Assembly: GCA_945885475.1 (NCBI GenBank)
Contig: CAMCYR010000006.1
Location: 22,231 to 86,230 of the forward strand
DNA length: 64,000 nt
From: Chitinophaga pinensis
GTDB taxonomy: Bacteria > Bacteroidota > Bacteroidia > 2-12-FULL-35-15
Direction of reading: 5' to 3'
Under the pieces are notes generated by a model, which was not told the DNA's origin, searched no databases, and saw only the letters and a list, made by a program, of their open reading frames with translations. Positions within the stretch are counted from its first letter, which is position 1; each line of letters starts with the position of its first letter. A program made the position numbers and the translations under genes. This document shows, in pieces, positions 59,977 through 64,000 of this stretch.

Positions 59977-60631
59977 AGTAAGTCATGCCCACTATCAGGT
60001 AGTAAGTGTTTTAGGCTGCCTCTTGATATTTATGTCTTTTGTTTTGCTTCCCTCTTGCGGTGATGACGATGATGAGACGATCGCTCCGAAACCGCGTGCA
60101 TATTTCCGATTAACATTGCCTGAAAAAAAATACGTTCCTTACAATGCTGCTTGTCCCTTTTCATTTGAAATTCCGGATTATACGCATGTCGAAAATGATA
60201 AAAGTTTCCGTGCCGAACCATGTTGGTTGAATCTCGAATTTCCGTCATTGAATGGAAAGCTTCACCTTACATATCACGAAGTAAATGGTGATATTGATAA
60301 GTACCTGGAACAAACATACGAGCTTGCATCAAAACATCAGATCAAAGCATCGGGGATCGAAGAGAAATTAGTTTCCAGGGATTCAAGTAAAGTTTATGGA
60401 TTGATCTATGAGATCGGTGGAAATGCCGCTTCATCAATCCAGTTTTTTTTAACGGACAGTACCAAGCATTTTATTCGTGGCGCTTTGTATTTTAATGTAG
60501 CTCCCAATACCGATTCCATCTCTCCTGTGGTGGATTTTGTGAAAAAAGACATCTATCACATGATCAAAACCTTTGAATGGAAAAATGATGCCGCATCAGT
60601 TCGTTTTGCGAAGGCTGTGAATAAAAAATAA
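59969..60631 (+). CDS. gldD: Gliding motility lipoprotein GldD
   Basis: Lipobox LPSC, PKPRAYFR, CPFSFE, GNAASSIQFFLTDS, GALYF; start 59963 or 59969. Confidence 0.92.
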   Translation: MNKVSHAHYQVVSVLGCLLIFMSFVLLPSCGDDDDETIAPKPRAYFRLTLPEKKYVPYNAACPFSFEIPDYTHVENDKSFRAEPCWLNLEFPSLNGKLHLTYHEVNGDIDKYLEQTYELASKHQIKASGIEEKLVSRDSSKVYGLIYEIGGNAASSIQFFLTDSTKHFIRGALYFNVAPNTDSISPVVDFVKKDIYHMIKTFEWKNDAASVRFAKAVNKK

Positions 60632-61624
60632 AGCGGCTGCAAATAAAAAGAATGCGCCCATTTGATGAAGCACTCCCAATGTTACCGGTACAGCATATAA
60701 AAGCGTTACTACACCTAAAATAAATTGAACTGCTACAACACCTAACATAAAGTTGGAAGCTTTTTTCTGTAATTCGCTCAATCCCATTTTTCGCGATTTC
60801 CACCAAACAAATAAAACCATTCCCGCTACAACGATAGCAACATTGCGGTGAATAAATTGTATGCCCGCCGGATTTTCTAAGCAGTTTTCCCAGAAGGTAT
60901 CGAAAGAGCTAACGGTCTCTGGCATAAACTCTCCACCCATGGTTGGGTAAGTATTGTAAAATAATCCTGCTCTCAATCCCGCTACAAATGCCCCATAAAT
61001 GATCTGCACAATAATGACCGCAAACATTATTGTCGACCATTTCTTTATCTTTTTTAAAGTAACATTTTCCTCAATAACTTTGAAATATAGCAGATCCATT
61101 GCGTACCAAAATGTAAATCCAAATACGGTAAACGCACTGGTGAGGTGGGCTGCAAGCCTGTAATGGCTGACATGAGGTTCTTTCTGTAGTCCGCTTTTTA
61201 CCATAAACCAGCCTAGTACTCCCTGGAATGCTCCTAACAAAAGAAGTACATACATCTTTTTTAGCAGTGGTTTATCAAACTTTTTCTTTAGCAGAAAATA
61301 TACAAATGGAATAATGAAAACAACTCCTATTATGCGTCCTAATAAGCGGTGAATATATTCCCACCAATAAATAGATTTGAATTCTTCCAGCGAAAACTGA
61401 TTGTTGATAATTTGATATTCGGGCGATTGTTTATATTTTTCAAAAGGTTCTTGCCAGTCTGCATCCGTTATTGGAGGCAATGAACCAATGATTGGATTCC
61501 ATTCCACCATGGATAATCCCGAGTGTGTAAGCCGCGTGATCCCGCCTATTACTACCATTGCGTAAATTAAAAAACATCCTGCCAGCAGCCAGATGATAAT
61601 AGAACGATGTGGATTATTTTTCAT
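60596..61624 (-). CDS. ctaA: Heme A synthase (COX15/CtaA)
   Basis: GGITRLTHSGLS, WEYIHR, GWFMVKSGL, VSHYRLAAHL, QFIHR, LHQ; TAACTTTG box at 61655-61662. Confidence 0.94.
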   Translation of the reverse strand: MKNNPHRSIIIWLLAGCFLIYAMVVIGGITRLTHSGLSMVEWNPIIGSLPPITDADWQEPFEKYKQSPEYQIINNQFSLEEFKSIYWWEYIHRLLGRIIGVVFIIPFVYFLLKKKFDKPLLKKMYVLLLLGAFQGVLGWFMVKSGLQKEPHVSHYRLAAHLTSAFTVFGFTFWYAMDLLYFKVIEENVTLKKIKKWSTIMFAVIIVQIIYGAFVAGLRAGLFYNTYPTMGGEFMPETVSSFDTFWENCLENPAGIQFIHRNVAIVVAGMVLFVWWKSRKMGLSELQKKASNFMLGVVAVQFILGVVTLLYAVPVTLGVLHQMGAFFLFAAALFFIHSLRKTN

Positions 61625-61732
61625 GTCAAATATGTTCTTAAAAAATAGCGAGTGCAAAGTTAATAGTTTCTATACACAATAAAGCACACAATTGTTTAGT
61701 TTTGTACTCAGAAACCACCTAAATTCATCCTC

Positions 61733-62380
61733 ATGAAAAAGATCCTATTCCTTGCTTTGTTTCTTCCATGGATAAGTAAAGCACAAGAGCCTCTCGACAA
61801 AGAAAGTGGTTATTTTCAATTAGGTGTTCGCAACGTAGTAAGTGCATTCAGCGATGATGGAGGATATGGCTTTGGTTATGGCGGGCAGTTCCGTATTCGT
61901 GTATTAAACCGGCTGAATACCGATTGGTATGCCGATTACATTACCACCGATATTGCAGGGATTGCAAAAAGAGAGGATTTGCATATTGGCTGGTCAGTGC
62001 TTGCGTATCCTTTCAATAAAGAAACAATAAAAGGGAAGTTCACACCTTATATGCTAGCAGGACACTGTTTTGATTATACTAAAGTATCAAAAAATAGCGA
62101 TGGTTATTTTCAGGAAAAGTGGAGTAGTGCTGTGCAGGCAGGTATAGGAACGCATTACAATATTAATGACCGCACGGATATTTCATTGACGGCTCAATAC
62201 ATGATGCACTTTGGAAAAGATATTCATGCAGAAGTTTTTGAAATGGATGGCAACAAAGAGGTGCTGATTGAGCAGCATGCTGTAAGCGGAATCGAAGGTC
62301 ATCTTCTTGTTAATATCAGTTTAAATGTTCGTCTGTTTGATATGTGGGACCAACATCATAAAAGAAAAAAATCGGCATAA
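61733..62380 (+). CDS. Exported protein, probable small outer-membrane beta-barrel
   Basis: Signal peptide; FTPY.LAG and QAGIGTHY strands. Confidence 0.72.
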   Translation: MKKILFLALFLPWISKAQEPLDKESGYFQLGVRNVVSAFSDDGGYGFGYGGQFRIRVLNRLNTDWYADYITTDIAGIAKREDLHIGWSVLAYPFNKETIKGKFTPYMLAGHCFDYTKVSKNSDGYFQEKWSSAVQAGIGTHYNINDRTDISLTAQYMMHFGKDIHAEVFEMDGNKEVLIEQHAVSGIEGHLLVNISLNVRLFDMWDQHHKRKKSA

Positions 62381-62436
62381 CGCTTATTTATGATGAACCG
62401 AAAATGAACTGTAAACGAATTTTAAATTTCGAAACC

Positions 62437-63069
62437 ATGGTTAAGAAATATCTCATTATTTTATTTGTATGTTTTTCAGGCTATGTTGTTGCACAGCAGG
62501 AAAATACGCAGTTCATACATAAACATTTAGTACGTGCCGATGCATCCATTGTTGCAGGATATTTATTTAAAGAAAATATCAGTAATGTTCACATTGATGG
62601 GAATGCAGAATATTATATGGATAATAAAGTTTCTATCCGCGGTTCAGCTTCTTATATGATCGGCAGCGATGGATTAACAGCTGATTCCATGGGTTTAAAA
62701 GATTTCCATTCTATAATGTTAGGTGGTGCTTACCACTTTACAACAAAAGGATATTTTGATCCCTATTTAATTTTACAACCCGGCTTGTCGTATACTTCTT
62801 CGTTTAAGGAATTTGCCGATCCTGCTTCTTCAACCGGTGATTCTCCGAAAAGAAAATTGTATGGTGGTGTGGTTAGTCCGATTGCGACAGCAGGCCTCGG
62901 ATTCAATTATTATTTTCAGCGTTTCGCGCATTTGTTTATTGAAACACGGTATATTTATGGTCGCCATTTATCAGAAGCGCCAAGTCCGGTGTCTCTTCAG
63001 GAATTGCGAATAACATTCGGCTTAGGATTTAATTTATTTATCATCAAGGACAAAAAAAAATCCAGCTAA
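62437..63069 (+). CDS. Exported protein, probable small outer-membrane beta-barrel
   Basis: Signal peptide; FDPY...G, AGLGFNYY, terminal FGLGFNL strand; ATG 62437. Confidence 0.72.
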   Translation: MVKKYLIILFVCFSGYVVAQQENTQFIHKHLVRADASIVAGYLFKENISNVHIDGNAEYYMDNKVSIRGSASYMIGSDGLTADSMGLKDFHSIMLGGAYHFTTKGYFDPYLILQPGLSYTSSFKEFADPASSTGDSPKRKLYGGVVSPIATAGLGFNYYFQRFAHLFIETRYIYGRHLSEAPSPVSLQELRITFGLGFNLFIIKDKKKSS

Positions 63070-63086
63070 AAGCTGGATTTTTTTTT
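63052..63086. terminator. Bidirectional terminator overlapping both stop codons
   Basis: A-run, tccagct-aaa-agctgga stem, T-run. Confidence 0.85.
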
Positions 63087-63879
63087 AGTGTACATCTTCA
63101 TCTTCTTGATTCGGTTTAATTTCTTGTTCCGCTGCTCTTCTTTCTTTGCGGTCGTTGATCTCATTTTGTTTCCTGTTCATTTCCCATTTGTATTCTTTCG
63201 TAGTAATGATCACCAATCCTCCTGTACAATCTCCGTATTCTGCAGGTACACCACCTGTTAATACTTCCATTCCGCTTATACCCATTCCCGGCACATCTGG
63301 CACTCCCATTGTCTTATTCCCGTCAACATAATAGGCTGTGCTGCCTCTTCGTGAACCGCGGACATACAGATCCTTTCCGTCGTCGGTTTGCAATACGCCA
63401 GGGGTTAAACTGACAATCATGCCTACTAGATCTGTTTTCCCTACCGCAATGTTTTCAATTTGTGCGATGGAGATAGGCGTTACCGTTGAAAATTTGGAAT
63501 CGAATGCAGGTTCAGTAAATGTTGCTGTAATAACAATCGTGGGTAATCCTGTTGTAGAAAGCGACATGTTGATGGTTACATACCTAGTTTGGTTCGGATT
63601 TACATTTACCGCTTTCAATAGTTGGATATTGTATCCCGAGTAAAAAGTTTTGATGTTGTATTTTCCAGGTGTGATTTCCTTAACGGTGAATTCTCCGTTA
63701 ATATCCGTTTGTGCAGTTGTAATGATAGTAGTGTCTTGCATAATGGCTACCGGAACAAATGGCATCGGACTGCTTTTTTCGTCAAAAACACTTCCTTTTA
63801 TTACGCCTGCCGACTGTGAAAAAAGTACGCTTGAAATGATCAGGACGCTCATCGTTAAAATTGATTTTATAGTTTTCAT
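63085..63879 (-). CDS. Carboxypeptidase-regulatory-like domain plus TonB plug domain, without beta-barrel
   Basis: Signal peptide, IKGSVFD...TDINGEF...PGKY, plug TPGV..VRGSR...YYVDG...GGVPAEYG...IITTK; ATG 63879. Confidence 0.8.
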   Translation of the reverse strand: MKTIKSILTMSVLIISSVLFSQSAGVIKGSVFDEKSSPMPFVPVAIMQDTTIITTAQTDINGEFTVKEITPGKYNIKTFYSGYNIQLLKAVNVNPNQTRYVTINMSLSTTGLPTIVITATFTEPAFDSKFSTVTPISIAQIENIAVGKTDLVGMIVSLTPGVLQTDDGKDLYVRGSRRGSTAYYVDGNKTMGVPDVPGMGISGMEVLTGGVPAEYGDCTGGLVIITTKEYKWEMNRKQNEINDRKERRAAEQEIKPNQEDEDVH

Positions 63880-64000
63880 AGGTATATGGTTTTTAAAGAT
63901 TAATTTTTTATTCGAGCTTGCGCATTTACTCGTTCTGCAGTTAAGACGTATTGATAATTCAGATTCCATAAATAAAAAAATTAAGCACATAGATATATAG

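Overview
AT-rich chromosomal window from an aerobic Bacteroidota bacterium, inferred from TAnnTTTG -7 promoter boxes, T9SS C-terminal sorting domains, gldD/gldE and a heme A synthase. Most genes are housekeeping: mreBCD-mrdA-rodA, purH, mfd, fbp, aspartate kinase, mgtE, rsmA, kmo-kynU, hemL, gcvP, mlaEF, feoAB, manC, fumC, frameshifted prfB, recX, Rne/Rng, bS22-like peptide, HU, mutY, ssb, gldED and ctaA. I saw no rRNA, tRNA or CRISPR array. The intergenic DNA is crowded with several short-repeat families. The most striking locus is a GxxExxY (PD-(D/E)XK-type) nuclease-family gene at 27560-27937. It sits between two tandem arrays (5 x 117/108 bp and 3 x 105/114 bp). Every unit carries the same ~31-bp CGCAGAG motif, in opposite orientation on the two sides, plus a copy of the start of the next gene. 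A gene-free inverted pair with a related core lies at 50768-50981. Other candidates are a REP-flanked RAYT transposase, dispersed GTCA-terminal REP doublets, a ~450-bp G-free heptamer array, heptamer-like stretches inside housekeeping CDSs, a stand-alone EF-Tu domain III-like protein and a tiny CxxC lipoprotein upstream of feoAB. All calls come from reading the sequence by eye; no database searches were run.
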